Source of the DNA: Flavobacteriales bacterium
Lineage (GTDB): Bacteria; Bacteroidota; Bacteroidia; Flavobacteriales_F; PHOS-HE28
Assembly (NCBI GenBank): GCA_013360395.1
Contig: JABWBQ010000003.1
Span: 18,011-82,010, forward strand
Direction of reading: 5' to 3'
Length of the DNA: 64,000 bases
Shown here: one piece after another, positions 1 through 10,700 of the stretch
Position numbering within the stretch: the first letter of the stretch is position 1
Layout: each line of letters begins with the position of its first letter
Translations under genes and position numbers: made by a program
The notes under the pieces: model-generated
The model's input: only the letters and a program-made list of their open reading frames with translations
What the model was told of the DNA's origin: nothing
Databases searched by the model: none

Positions 1-153
1 CGCAGTTCCGCGAATGAGCAGGGGCGACGCATCCGCTCGAGCAGGAGCAGGTAACGACGCAGGCGGGCCGATGTGCGCATGGCGCAAAGGTGCGGATCGT
101 GTTCGTGCCGGACTCCGCATACAAGATGGACAGCCCGACACAGAAAGAACCAC

Positions 154-187
154 GAACGGGCAGGAGCGAAGTCGTTCCCGCCCGTTC
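154..187 (-). terminator. putative intrinsic terminator after the ATPase-peptidase gene
   Basis: Inverted repeat GAACGGGC (154-161) / GCCCGTTC (180-187) lies 16 nt past the stop at 204-206. On the minus strand it is followed by a T-rich tract (gtggTTCTTTCTgtg). The loop is long (18 nt), so the call is weak. Confidence 0.3.
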
Positions 188-203
188 CCGGTCCAATGCG
201 ATC

Positions 204-2120
204 CTACGAACACACCGTGAGCGCGGGCGTCTTGGCGACCTCCACAGGAGGATCGTTGGGAAGCTCCAGCGCGCTCCGCAACATTTTCCCACTGAGCGAG
301 CCGTACTGCACCAGCAGGCCGGTGATGGCCTCCAATCGGCGGCGGTTCGCGGTGAGGGTCTGCAGGGCAAGTTGCTCCCCTTCGGCCACGAGGCGGGCGG
401 CCTGCTCTTCCACCACTGCCAGCCCCATGCGGAAGCCGGTGCCGAACGCTTCGGGGTATTCGGCGTGATGGAGGCGGTCCTTTCCGAAGCCGTGGTTCTT
501 CAGCATGCCCAATGCCAGTTGGCTCGCCTTGCGCAGGTCATCATCGTTGCCTGCGGTGACCCGGTCGGCACCGAAGAGCAGGCGTTCGGCCGCCCAGCCG
601 CCCAGTGCTGAAGCGATCCGTGGCACTATTCTGTTCCGGGTGAGGTGTTCCGTGTCGTTCGCCCAGATGGTGAACCCGCCGATGCGCTCGTGCGAGGTGC
701 GTGCGCAGACCTGCAACGGGGTTTGGCCGAGGAGCGATACGCCGCAGATCAGATGCCCCGCCTCGTGCGCCGCGATGTTGCGATGCACCTTCTCCTTACC
801 GCCCGGTGCCTGGCGGTGCAGGGGCCAGTTGAGCGAGACGCGGTCATTGCCATGCAGGGAATCGCACAGGGCCAACGCCTTGCGCCCGCACGTATCCAGC
901 ACGATGCTATGAGGTGCTTCCAAAGTCGTGCGCGATAGCGCCTCGGCGATGAGTGCGGGCAGCACCTGATGCACGGCCTCGATCACCGGGCGTGCCCCAA
1001 GCACGGCGATTGATGCCTCGCGCTGGATGCGGTCCAGCAGGGTCTCGCGTACGGTGATGGTGGTGCCCAGCGCGGCCGAGGCACTGGTCGCGATGCGTTC
1101 GGCCTCCGCGCCTACCAAACGCTTTACCGTGCTTGCACCAATGGGCGGGAAGATCACATGGTCCGAACCCAAGCGTCCCACCTGCTCAATGCGGAACAGC
1201 TCCAGCAGCGCCTGTTGCACCCCTGCAAGGTTCATCTGCTTGTGCCGCGCCAGCAGCACATCGGGCTCCAGTTCGGCCACCGGTTCGCTGCCAACGGTGT
1301 ACAGGCCGTCCAGATTACCGAGCACGATCACCAAGGTCCGGCGGCCATCAAGGATACGGGGCGAGCGGACCGCATCGATCTGGCTTTTCAGCATGGCCAG
1401 TATGGCCGCACCGTCCATGTGTTCCAAACGTTGCTTGAATCCGAGGGTCGATTCGCGACCGGGCTCCCGCGCCCATGACCATGTGCTGCGCGGCAGGGCC
1501 CAACGCTCCTTCCGGCCGATCGTGTCAAGGCGGTCGACCATCATCTCCAGAAACACCTCCACGCCGGCGGTCACGCGCCCGTTGCGGATCTCACACCCAC
1601 GTGCGATGGCTTCGCTCAGGTCGCGGTGCAGGTCCTGCAGGTCCTCCAGCTTGTTGCGCCATGGCATCACCACCGCGCGGCCCGAGTCCATGAACTCCCA
1701 AAGCCGCCGAAGCTCGACCGATTCGCCAAGGTCATCGCCCCCCTTCACTGTACGCGCCCGTTGGAACTCGTCGATCACCACCACCGTCTCCCCGCCATCG
1801 TGGTGGTCCATGATCAGCTCCAGATGCCGGTCCAGCCAGTTATGCAAATGGCTCTCCCCCGCATCCAGCCAGAAGGTGCGATCGCCCAGGCCAAGCGCGT
1901 CCACCAACGCGCGCACCAGGCTGCTCTTGCCGGTGCCGGTCATGCCCCACAGGCCGACCACGCGGGGACGCTGCTGTGTGCTGTTCAACAAGTACCACGT
2001 GGTCACGGCCTGCATCAGGCGGTCCACCTCGGTGTCTATGCCGAAGTGGCTGCTGCGGATGGTCTCGCGGGCCTGTTTGAGTTGTTGTATCCGAAGGTCG
2101 ATGTCCATCTCGGTGTTCAT
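204..2120 (-). CDS. soluble P-loop ATPase fused to an FtsH-like peptidase M41 domain (638 aa)
   Basis: ATG at 2120. Walker A is GLWGMTGTGKSS and Walker B-like is VVVIDEF. The C-terminal third carries HEAGH (HEXXH zinc site) and GGWAAERLLFG...TAGNDDDLRKASQLA, which parallels FtsH GGRAAE..G.SNDIERAT. No hydrophobic N-terminal or transmembrane segment is seen. Confidence 0.75.
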   Translation of the reverse strand: MNTEMDIDLRIQQLKQARETIRSSHFGIDTEVDRLMQAVTTWYLLNSTQQRPRVVGLWGMTGTGKSSLVRALVDALGLGDRTFWLDAGESHLHNWLDRHLELIMDHHDGGETVVVIDEFQRARTVKGGDDLGESVELRRLWEFMDSGRAVVMPWRNKLEDLQDLHRDLSEAIARGCEIRNGRVTAGVEVFLEMMVDRLDTIGRKERWALPRSTWSWAREPGRESTLGFKQRLEHMDGAAILAMLKSQIDAVRSPRILDGRRTLVIVLGNLDGLYTVGSEPVAELEPDVLLARHKQMNLAGVQQALLELFRIEQVGRLGSDHVIFPPIGASTVKRLVGAEAERIATSASAALGTTITVRETLLDRIQREASIAVLGARPVIEAVHQVLPALIAEALSRTTLEAPHSIVLDTCGRKALALCDSLHGNDRVSLNWPLHRQAPGGKEKVHRNIAAHEAGHLICGVSLLGQTPLQVCARTSHERIGGFTIWANDTEHLTRNRIVPRIASALGGWAAERLLFGADRVTAGNDDDLRKASQLALGMLKNHGFGKDRLHHAEYPEAFGTGFRMGLAVVEEQAARLVAEGEQLALQTLTANRRRLEAITGLLVQYGSLSGKMLRSALELPNDPPVEVAKTPALTVCS

Positions 2121-2204
2121 GTATGGAGTATTGGGTTGCGTTGGAATGTTCTTGGAATGCCTGTACTGCTGTGAGCGGACGTTGCGGCCCGCGGTGTACT
2201 TCGC

Positions 2205-3005
2205 CTACATCGGCCACCGTTCTGCGAAGCGGGCCACGATGCCGCGCAGTTCGACGGGCAGCTTGTTCAGCGCCTGCTCCACGAAGGCGCTGGGCACGGC
2301 CTTGAAGAACGCCTGCGCCACGCCGCCGGTGATGCACGCCACGGTGTCGGCATCGCCGCCGAGGCTGATGGCGTTGCGGATGGCGGCCTCGAAGTCGGGC
2401 GCGTCGAGGAAGGCGATGAGCGCTTCGGGCACTGTGCCCTGACAGCTCTCGTTGAAGTGGTACACCGCGCGTACCTGCTCCACCGTGCGGCTCAGGTCGT
2501 AACCGAAGCGGGTGGTGATGGCGCTGCGCAGCTCGTCCCTGCTGGCGCCTTTGCGGGCAAGGAACAACGCCAAGGCCGTGGCCTGCGCGCCCTTGATGCC
2601 TTCGGGGTGATCGTGCGTCACCGCCGCGCTGCGGGCCGCTTCGCGCAGTACGTCCGCCTCGGTGTCCAGCGCGAAACCGATGGGCGATACGCGCATGGCA
2701 CTGCCGTTGCCCCAGCTGTTGTACGGCATGGGGTCCTCGGACCGGAGCCATTCGGCGAAGCGCACACCGTAGCCACCGTACGGGTAGGGGTGGCGTTGTC
2801 CGAAGATGAGGTACATGTCGCCATAGCCGCTGCCGGTGAGCAGCGCCTCGGCCGTGGCCAGCGTCAGGATGCTGTCGTCCGTGTATTCGGCATCGGGCGG
2901 GAACAGGTCCACGTTGGGGTCTTTGTTGCCGGTGAATTCGTGGGTGCTGCCGGCGATGTCGCCGATGATGGAGCCGACGATGGGGATATGGGTATTGGGG
3001 TTCAT
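2205..3005 (-). CDS. ADP-ribosylglycohydrolase family protein (266 aa)
   Basis: Starts MNPNTHIPIVGSIIGDIAGSTHEF. Also has DDSILTLATAEAL and the C-terminal GGDADTVACITGGVAQAFF, all typical ARH/DraG-family metal-site motifs. I chose the ATG at 3005 rather than the ORF-track start at 3095. Confidence 0.8.
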   Translation of the reverse strand: MNPNTHIPIVGSIIGDIAGSTHEFTGNKDPNVDLFPPDAEYTDDSILTLATAEALLTGSGYGDMYLIFGQRHPYPYGGYGVRFAEWLRSEDPMPYNSWGNGSAMRVSPIGFALDTEADVLREAARSAAVTHDHPEGIKGAQATALALFLARKGASRDELRSAITTRFGYDLSRTVEQVRAVYHFNESCQGTVPEALIAFLDAPDFEAAIRNAISLGGDADTVACITGGVAQAFFKAVPSAFVEQALNKLPVELRGIVARFAERWPM

Positions 3006-3113
3006 GTGATCGGTTGTTGTGTGAATGGTATTGGGTTGGAACGGTGCATCTGTCGCATGCACCCATAGCGTCGACCCATTGGGTCGGCCTGCCACATGGT
3101 ATCAGGCACGGAT

Positions 3114-3965
3114 CTACGCCGCACCCCCGCCCGCCCATTCCGGCACGGCGGCCCACGTGATGCAGTTGAACACGCCGCCATCGCGCGCGATGGGCATGGC
3201 GTCCAACGCGATGATGTGGTGGTCGGGGAACAGTTCCTGCATGCGGCACAGGGCGGCCTCGTCCTCGGGCTGGCCGAACTGCGGCACCACGATGCGGCCT
3301 TGGTGGCACAGGTAGTTGATGTAGCAGCCCACGGCCGATCCGGCGCGGCCCATGGCGCGGGGCGCGTAGGGTAGTTCCTCCACGGTGAGCCCGGCTTCGC
3401 GCAGGGCGCGGCGCACGCTGCGGCCCAGATCGGGGTCGATGTCGCGGTAGTCGTTCATCACCACGGCGTCGGGACCCAACACGCGCACCATGCCATCGGC
3501 GTGGCCCGTGAAGTCGGCCGCGTCGTCGGAGATCAGCACGATGCGCGACACGCCCAGCCGTTCCGACAGTTCGTCCATGATCTGCCGGTTCGTGCGGTTC
3601 GGGTTCTCGCGCAGCACCTTCCGTGTCAGCACCGCATAGTCCGGCCCCAGGATCACGTTGCCGCCGTCCACGATCAGGTCGCAATGCTCGCGGGGCACGT
3701 CGGGCTGCACCGTGATGGTGCTGGCCTCCACGATGGTGCGGAGGTACTTGGGCGAGCGCACGAGGTAGTCCGGCCAGTAGCGGAACTGCACCAACACCCC
3801 GCGCACGGTGGCCACGGGCATATAGTCCCGGCACCACGGGTTGTTCTGGGCCTGCCACAGTGTGGACATGCGCAACCCCGCTTGGGTCACGATGGGGCAG
3901 GCATCGTTGAAGAACGGCTGGTAGGCGCGCAGGGCCTCGGCGACGTAGAGTATTGGGGTGGGCAT
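3114..3965 (-). CDS. agmatine deiminase / peptidyl-arginine deiminase (PAD_porph)-like guanidino-modifying enzyme (283 aa)
   Basis: Motifs LIVDGGNVILG, FTGHADGMVRVL and the C-terminal DGGVFNCITW (catalytic Cys context, compare GGNIHCITQQ of agmatine deiminases). It is shorter than canonical AguA. Confidence 0.65.
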   Translation of the reverse strand: MPTPILYVAEALRAYQPFFNDACPIVTQAGLRMSTLWQAQNNPWCRDYMPVATVRGVLVQFRYWPDYLVRSPKYLRTIVEASTITVQPDVPREHCDLIVDGGNVILGPDYAVLTRKVLRENPNRTNRQIMDELSERLGVSRIVLISDDAADFTGHADGMVRVLGPDAVVMNDYRDIDPDLGRSVRRALREAGLTVEELPYAPRAMGRAGSAVGCYINYLCHQGRIVVPQFGQPEDEAALCRMQELFPDHHIIALDAMPIARDGGVFNCITWAAVPEWAGGGAA

Positions 3966-4140
3966 GGCGCAAAGAAGCGGGTGCCACTATGCCATATCGT
4001 GACGGAGTGGGGTCAGAGAACGGTCGCCTGTTTGTGGTAGGCGACGCTGCTGTACAGCTCGAAGTAGGAGAGTGAAAGAGGGGAAAGTTGAAAATTATTC
4101 GGGCCGCGCTATCTTGAAACAGCACATGGCGTGAGGCATT

Positions 4141-4905
4141 TCAATCGACACACTTGGTCCGAGGGAAGGCTTGTTCATACTTATAGACCTTGAACTCCGC
4201 CAGCAACCCCTTGGGGATTCTTTCCGAAACCGTTTCACCCTTGGGAGCAGATTGTTTTGCCTTCCATTTCCTTTTTACATGGTCAATTTCGTCCTGATTA
4301 TTTCTATTGATAAGATACTGATACAACTCCGCATTCAATCCCAATGTGCAATTATCAGAATTAAAATATGAAGCATTTGAGCCTCCAGATGGAGAAGGTA
4401 AAATTTTCACTTTGTCCTTGACCTGTTGATATTCCTTTCCCATTATTTTTGTGAAATTGAATAAAGCACTGTTGCGGTTTGTGCCACTTGTAAAAATAAG
4501 TGTTTCGATGGTTTTATACTTAGTAAGAACATATTCCTTAATAGAGTGGTTAAAATCTTCCCATTCTACGATTAAGTCACTATCCCTGAATGAGCACGGG
4601 TCTTTCCTTGTGCAATACTTCACGGTATCAGTAATGCCTATGGAGTATTGGTCTTGCCATTCCTGAATGGCCTCTATATCATTGAACTTATAGGAAGGAT
4701 ATACCTTTCTAAGAATATTCCATATGGATGCCGAATTGCCGTAGAAATAGTCTATTATGTAACTTCTGTTCGATACTTTTTTAGCCTTACAATCCGCATC
4801 TGTTGGAAGTTCCTTTGCAGGTGGAAATGTTCCAATAAGCAAGTGCCTATACGATTTGTTCAAAGGATATCTGTCGAGAAAGGGGTGGACTTCTTTGGGT
4901 GTCAT
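4141..4905 (-). CDS. uracil-DNA glycosylase superfamily protein, family-6 (hypoxanthine/deoxyinosine glycosylase)-like (254 aa)
   Basis: LLIGTFPP...[13 protein letters not shown] resembles UDG motif A of family 6 (G-S/T-F-P...FYY..N.FW.IL). [14 protein letters not shown] resembles motif B (HPSP-type). The coding sequence is strongly AT-rich compared with both flanks. I chose the ATG at 4905; the GC-rich extension to 5049 is unlikely to be coding. Confidence 0.55.
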   Translation of the reverse strand: MTPKEVHPFLDRYPLNKSYRHLLIGTFPPAKELPTDADCKAKKVSNRSYIIDYFYGNSASIWNILRKVYPSYKFNDIEAIQEWQDQYSIGITDTVKYCTRKDPCSFRDSDLIVEWEDFNHSIKEYVLTKYKTIETLIFTSGTNRNSALFNFTKIMGKEYQQVKDKVKILPSPSGGSNASYFNSDNCTLGLNAELYQYLINRNNQDEIDHVKRKWKAKQSAPKGETVSERIPKGLLAEFKVYKYEQAFPRTKCVD

Positions 4906-5429
4906 GGCGGCTATTGATGATTGTCCTTCCGGCCAAATGTATGACCCCCTTCTCCACCAATGAAGCATCCCTCCCGCATTCCGAGAATACCCCCCGCATT
5001 TCGGTGCCTTGGCACCATCCACCCCATCTTGCATTCCAGATCCGGCCAAGATGTCGGCCCGGACTCAGTGCTTGTAACGGCGCATCAAGTTGTGATTGGC
5101 GGATACTGGCGGGCTTGGGTGTACATAAGGGCACAAGGCTAGGCTCCAACCGTGTGCATGCAGCTTGCAGGGTGCTGCGTGAGCGGGTGGAGCGGCAGCT
5201 TGCCGAAACAGCGGCCCAGCAGCGCACGCGGCGAGGAGGCTGCGAGGAACGAGCAGACCCCGTAGCCGGTTGCGATGCGGACCGGTGCGAGGCAACTACA
5301 GCGGAACACGCGACCCGCGCGTGGGCTTTGGGCGCCGGGAATGGGGCACGCCCCGCAATACCCACCCCTCCCGCACGTTCGAGAACTCCTTCGGAAACCC
5401 CCGATCCCGTTACTTTTGTTCGTTCGCCC

Positions 5430-7370
5430 ATGAGCACCGCCCCTGCTGCGTATCCCCTCCTGGACCGCATCCACCTCCCGGCCGACCTCCGAGCGCTGCC
5501 CGAGGACCAGCTGGAACAGGTGTGCAAGGAACTGCGCGAGTTCATCATCGACGTGGTGAGCGTGAAGGGCGGCCACTTCGGCGCCAGCCTCGGCGTGGTG
5601 GAGCTTACCGTGGCGCTGCACTACGTGTTCAACACGCCGTACGACCAGCTGGTGTGGGACGTGGGGCACCAGGCCTACGGGCACAAGATCCTCACGGGCC
5701 GGCGCGAGGTGTTCCACACCAACCGCATCCACAAGGGCATCAGCGGTTTCCCCAAACGGAGCGAAAGCGAGTTCGACACCTTCGGCGTGGGGCACAGCAG
5801 CACCAGCATCGGCGGGGCGCTGGGCATGGCGGTGGCCAGCCGGCTGAAGGGTGAGCAGGACCGCCAGTGCGTGGCCGTGATCGGCGATGGCGCCATGACC
5901 GCCGGCATGGCTTTCGAGGCGCTGAACCACGCGGGTGGCGCGGGCACCGACATGCTCGTGGTGCTCAACGACAACTGCATGAGCATCGACCCCAACGTGG
6001 GCGCGCTCAAGGAGTACCTCACCGACATCACCACCAGCCACACCTACAACAAGGTGAAGGACGAGGTGTGGAACCTGCTGGGCAAGGTCAGCAAGTTCGG
6101 GCCCAACGCGCAGGCCATCGTCCAGAAGGTGGAGAACGCCGTGAAGAGCGCGCTGCTCAAGCAGAGCAACCTGTTCGAGAGCCTCAACTTCCGCTATTTC
6201 GGTCCGGTGGACGGCCACGACGTGGATCGCCTGGTGAAGGTGCTGCGCGATCTGCGCGACATCCCGGGGCCCAAGATCCTCCATACGGTCACCGTCAAGG
6301 GCAAGGGCTACGCACCGGCCGAGACCGGCAACGCCACCATCTGGCACGCGCCCGGCCTGTTCAACAAGGACACGGGCGAGATCATCAAGGTGGTGCCCAA
6401 GAGCCCGCAGCCGCCCAAGTACCAGGACGTGTTCGGCCACACCATCGTGGAGCTGGCCGAGAAGAACCCGCGCATCGTGGGTGTGACACCCGCCATGCCC
6501 AGCGGCTGCTCGCTGAACATCATGATGAAGGCCATGCCCGACCGCGCCTTCGACGTGGGCATCGCCGAGCAGCACGCCGTGACCTTCAGCGCCGGGATGG
6601 CCACGCAGGGCCTGGTGCCCTTCTGCAACATCTACAGCAGTTTCATGCAGCGCGCCTACGACCAGGTGGTGCACGATGTGGCCCTGCAGAAGCTGCACGT
6701 GGTGTTCTGCCTGGACCGCGGCGGGCTGGCCGGTGCCGACGGCCCCACGCACCACGGCGCGTTCGACATCGCCTACTTCCGCTGCATCCCCAACATGATC
6801 GTGAGCGCCCCCATGAACGAGGAGGAGCTGCGCGACCTGATGTACACCGCGCAGCTAAGGGACCACGGCCCCTTCAGCATCCGCTACCCGCGGGGCGAGG
6901 GCGTGATGACCGAGTGGAAGACCCCCTTCAAGGAGATCAAGGTCGGCACGGGGCGCAAGGTGCGCTCGGGCAACGACATCGCCGTGCTCAGCATCGGGCA
7001 CATCGGCAACATCGCCGCGAAGGGGATCGATGCACTGGAGGCCGAGGGCTACAGCGTGGCGCACTACGACATGCGTTTCGCCAAGCCGATCGATGAACTG
7101 CTGCTGCACGAGGTGTTCGGCAAGTTCAAGCACGTGGTGACGATCGAGGACGGCTGCATCCAAGGCGGCATGGGCAGCGCGGTGCTGGAGTTCATGGCCG
7201 ACCACGGCTACCACGCCCAGGTGAAGCGCCTCGGCATTCCCGACCGCTGGATCGAGCACGGCACGCAGCCGGAACTGTACGCGGAGTGCGGGTTCGATGA
7301 GCAGGCGATGGCGGCGGCGGTGCGGGAGATGCTGCCGGCGAAAGGGAAGACGGTGAAGGCGAGCGCGTGA
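5430..7370 (+). CDS. dxs: 1-deoxy-D-xylulose-5-phosphate synthase
   Basis: [79 protein letters not shown], a full-length Dxs pattern with the TPP-binding [15 protein letters not shown]. The ORF-track start at 4899 is an upstream read-through. Confidence 0.95.
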   Translation: MSTAPAAYPLLDRIHLPADLRALPEDQLEQVCKELREFIIDVVSVKGGHFGASLGVVELTVALHYVFNTPYDQLVWDVGHQAYGHKILTGRREVFHTNRIHKGISGFPKRSESEFDTFGVGHSSTSIGGALGMAVASRLKGEQDRQCVAVIGDGAMTAGMAFEALNHAGGAGTDMLVVLNDNCMSIDPNVGALKEYLTDITTSHTYNKVKDEVWNLLGKVSKFGPNAQAIVQKVENAVKSALLKQSNLFESLNFRYFGPVDGHDVDRLVKVLRDLRDIPGPKILHTVTVKGKGYAPAETGNATIWHAPGLFNKDTGEIIKVVPKSPQPPKYQDVFGHTIVELAEKNPRIVGVTPAMPSGCSLNIMMKAMPDRAFDVGIAEQHAVTFSAGMATQGLVPFCNIYSSFMQRAYDQVVHDVALQKLHVVFCLDRGGLAGADGPTHHGAFDIAYFRCIPNMIVSAPMNEEELRDLMYTAQLRDHGPFSIRYPRGEGVMTEWKTPFKEIKVGTGRKVRSGNDIAVLSIGHIGNIAAKGIDALEAEGYSVAHYDMRFAKPIDELLLHEVFGKFKHVVTIEDGCIQGGMGSAVLEFMADHGYHAQVKRLGIPDRWIEHGTQPELYAECGFDEQAMAAAVREMLPAKGKTVKASA

Positions 7371-7443
7371 TCCTGTTCTCTGCGGATCGTTGGGCCATGT
7401 AGAAGAACTCCGGCCCGACACCGATCCTGATCGACAGCCATCC

Positions 7444-7602
7444 ATGAGCAAGAAGAAGCAGAAGGCCGAGTCGGAAGAATTCTTCGCTGCTGTGGCGAAA
7501 GCCATGAAGGAGGCCGCCAAGGAAGCCCGCCGCGTGGCCCGCATGCACGGCACCAAGGTGTGGGTGGTGAAAGATGGCAAGATCGTGGGGCTGGAGCCGT
7601 GA
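7444..7602 (+). CDS. small lysine-rich hypothetical protein (52 aa)
   Basis: MSKKKQKAESEEFFAAVAKAMKEAAKEARRVARMHGTKVWVVKDGKIVGLEP. Coding-like composition, but I recognise no family. Confidence 0.35.
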   Translation: MSKKKQKAESEEFFAAVAKAMKEAAKEARRVARMHGTKVWVVKDGKIVGLEP

Positions 7603-7750
7603 TCGGCCGGGCATCCTGAAGCATCGGGCAGCGCCTGCACGCGTGATGCGGGGCCAAGAGCGGCACGTTGCCATCGCCCCTGCGGACGAAGCACGCCCGG
7701 AGGATCGGACGGTCGCCACCGCGGCCGCGGAACGGGCGGTGGGCGGCGCG

Positions 7751-10700
7751 TCAGGCCGTGGCCGCCGACTGCGGGGCGCGGGCCTGCCGCCTGGCCCAGC
7801 GACGGTGCTTGATCTTGGCGATGATCAGCAGCATCACGGGTACCATGATCAGGGTGAGGAAGGTGGCGAAGGTGAGGCCGAAGATCACCGCCCAGCTGAG
7901 GGGGCTCCAGAAGATGCTGTTGTCCCCGCCCATGTGCAGGTGCGGGTCGAGCTCGGTGAAGAGCGTGAAGAAGTTGAAGTTGAGGCCCACGGCCAGGGGC
8001 AGCAGGCCCAGGATGGCCGTCACCGCCGTGAGCAGCACCGGGCGCAGGCGGGTCTTGCCGGCCAGCACGAGCGCCTCGCGGCTTTCGGCGATGGGCAGCA
8101 CCCCGTCCTCCTCCAGGCCCAGCTTGCGCCGGCCGCGCGCGTATAGCAGCCGCGCGAAGTCCATCAGCACGATCGCGTTGTTCACCACCACGCCGATCAG
8201 GGAGATGATGCCCAGCATGGTCATCATCACCACGAACTCCATGCGGAAGACCACCAGCCCCAGGAACACCCCGATGGTGGAGAACACCACCGTGCTGAGC
8301 ACCACGGTGGGGAAGCTGATGCTGTTGAACTGGGCCACGATGATCAGGAACACGATGAAGATGGCCACCAGGAAGGCCGTCAACAGGAAGCCCATGTCCT
8401 TGGCCTGGTCCTCCTGCTCGCCGGTGAAGCGCATGCTGAAACGGTCGTCCAGGACGAAGCCGGAGGACAGTTCGTCCTTCACCTGCTGCACCACCTGGTT
8501 GTTGTTGTAGCCGGCGATGACGTTGCTGCTCACGGTGACCACGCGCTTGAGGTCCTTGTGCTTGATGGCACTGAAGCTGCTGCTGCGCTCGGCGGTGGCG
8601 ACGGCGCTGATGGGCACCTGGCGGATCTGGCCGGTGAGCATGTCGCGGAAGGTGATCTTCATGTCCATCAACCGCTGGGGGTCATAGCGGTACTCGTCCT
8701 TGAGCCGCACATTGATCTCATAGTCGTCGTCGTCGCCATCGATGCGGTAGGTGCTCACCTCCTTGCCGAAGAGGGCGGTGCGGATGGCGTCGGCGATGGC
8801 GTAGGTGCTCACGTTGAAGAGGCGCGCCTTGGCGCGGTCGATGTGGATGGGCATCTCCGGCTTGGCGCGGTCGATGTCGATGCGCAGCGCCTCCACGCCG
8901 GGCACGTTGCGCGAGGCGACGAAGGCCTTCAGGCGCTCGGCTTCGGCCAGCAGCCCCTCGATGTCGTCACCGGTGAGCTCGATGTTGACCGGCTTGCCCA
9001 CCGGGGGACCGTCGGCGTTCTTCACCACGGAGACGAGCACACCCGGGTAGCCTTCCACCTGCTGTTGCAGCTCGGCGAGCACGTCGTTGGTTTTGATGCC
9101 GTGGCGGTCCACGTACTTCACGAAGCTGATCTGGATGCGGGCCTTGTGGGGGGTGGCGCTGAGCTCCATCTCCCCGCTGCCGGGGTCGCTGGTGCCGCGA
9201 CCCACCTGGGTGATCACCGAGTTGACCACCTTGTTCACGCGCTCGGTGCGCGTGCTGCCGTCGGGCAGCGTCGTGGTGCGCTCCTCGATGTACTTGGGCG
9301 CGTCGATCACCCGCATCACCTGGGCCTCCACGATGCGGGCCACGCTGTCGGTCTTCAGGATGTCGGTGCCGATCGGGGCCTCGATGAACACGTTGATGTA
9401 CTGGGGCTCGTTCACCGGGAAGAAGAGGGTCTTGGGCGGTGCGACGGCGATGAGCACGAAGGCGGCGAGCAGCAGGCCCACGGTGCCCAGCAGGAAGGTG
9501 CGCGGGTGGCGCTTGGCCAGGGCGTAGCGCAGCAGGCGTTCGTACCGGTCCTCCAGGCGGGGCAGCCAGCTGTTCTGGAACCAGTCGGTGGCGGGCACCA
9601 CCCACTTGGTGAACACCAGGGCGAGCACGCCCAGGAAGATGGCGAGGGTGCCCAGGCCGAAGATGGCGTTGACGCCGACGCCCAGGCCTAGGGCGGCGAG
9701 GCCGGTGCCGACGGCCATCAGGATGCCGGCGGTGCGCCAGGTGCGGCGCATGGTGGGCGGCGCCTCGTTGACGCGCATGAACTTGGAGGCCAGCGCGGGG
9801 TTCACCACCAGGGCCACGAACAATGAGCTGCCCAGGGCGATCATGAAGGTGATGGGCATCCACTTCATGAAGGCGCCCATGATGCCGGGCCAGAAGAGCA
9901 GCGGCACGAAGACCATCACGGTGGCCAGGGTGGCGGTGCTGATCGGCAGGGTCACCTCCCCCACCGCGAGCCGGGTGGCCTTCAGCGGAGGCTCCCCGTT
10001 GCTCATGTGGCGGTAGATGTTCTCCACGATCACGATGCCGTCGTCCACCAGGCGGCCCAGGGCCAGGATCAGGGAGAACAGCACCATGATGTTCAGCGTG
10101 ACGCCGAAGGCGTTGAGCACGGTGAAGGAGATGAACATGCTCATGGGGATGGCCAGGCCCACGAACACCGCGTTGCGCAGGCCCAGGAAGAGCATGAGCA
10201 CGCCCACCACGAGGATCACGCCCAGGACGATGTGGTTCATCAGTTCGTCCACGCTGGCGCGTGTCTGGTCGCTCTGGTCGCCGGTCTTGGTGATCACCAG
10301 GTCCGCGGGCAGCACGCGGCCGTGGTCCTCGGCGATGATGGCGTTGATGTTGTCGCTGGCGGTGAGCAGGTTCTCCCCGGCGCGTTTGATCACATCGAGC
10401 ATCACCACGGGCTTGCCGTATTCGCGGGCGAAGCTCTCGGCCTCCTTGTAGGTGAAGGCCACATCGGCGATGTCGCCCAGCCGCACCTCGCGACGGAACT
10501 CGTTCTTCACCACGATGTCGCGCACCTGGGCGGCGTCCTTGAACTCGCCGATCACGCGCACGGCACGGCGCTGGTCGCCCACCAGCAGCTCGCCGCCGCT
10601 CAGGGTGAGGTTCTCCATCTGCAGGGCCATGGCCACGTCGTTGAACCCGAGCTCCAGGGCCTCCATGCGGGCCAGGTCCAGGCTCACGCGCATCTCACGC

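Noticed and set aside
1-80. A minus-strand ORF starting at the ATG at 78-80 and running off the left edge (MRTSARLRRYLLLLERMRRPCSFAEL...). It is reminiscent of the HTH N-terminus of YafY/WYL-type regulators that accompany defence islands.
   Set aside because: Only 26 codons are visible, in GC-rich DNA where such peptides arise by chance. That is too little to call a gene or family. It is worth checking once the upstream contig sequence is available.
1840-4125. Very long ORFs antisense to or overlapping real genes. Examples are 1840-4125(-), 1027-2442(+), 5139-6755(-), 38342-39892(-), 39589-41049(-), 46719-48869(-), 53189-54721(-) and 14900-15952(+).
   Set aside because: These are typical high-GC shadow ORFs. 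Their translations are Arg/Ala/Gly/Pro/His-rich low-complexity sequence with no motifs, and each overlaps a gene with clear family signatures on the other strand or in another frame.
4899-5429. The upstream 177 codons of the dxs ORF, and likewise the extensions 49336-49890, 35771-35962, 39733-39963, 55934-56506 and 57897-58034.
   Set aside because: These are read-through from the previous stop. The recognisable protein, with a signal peptide or conserved N-terminus, begins at an internal ATG, and the extensions are low-complexity.
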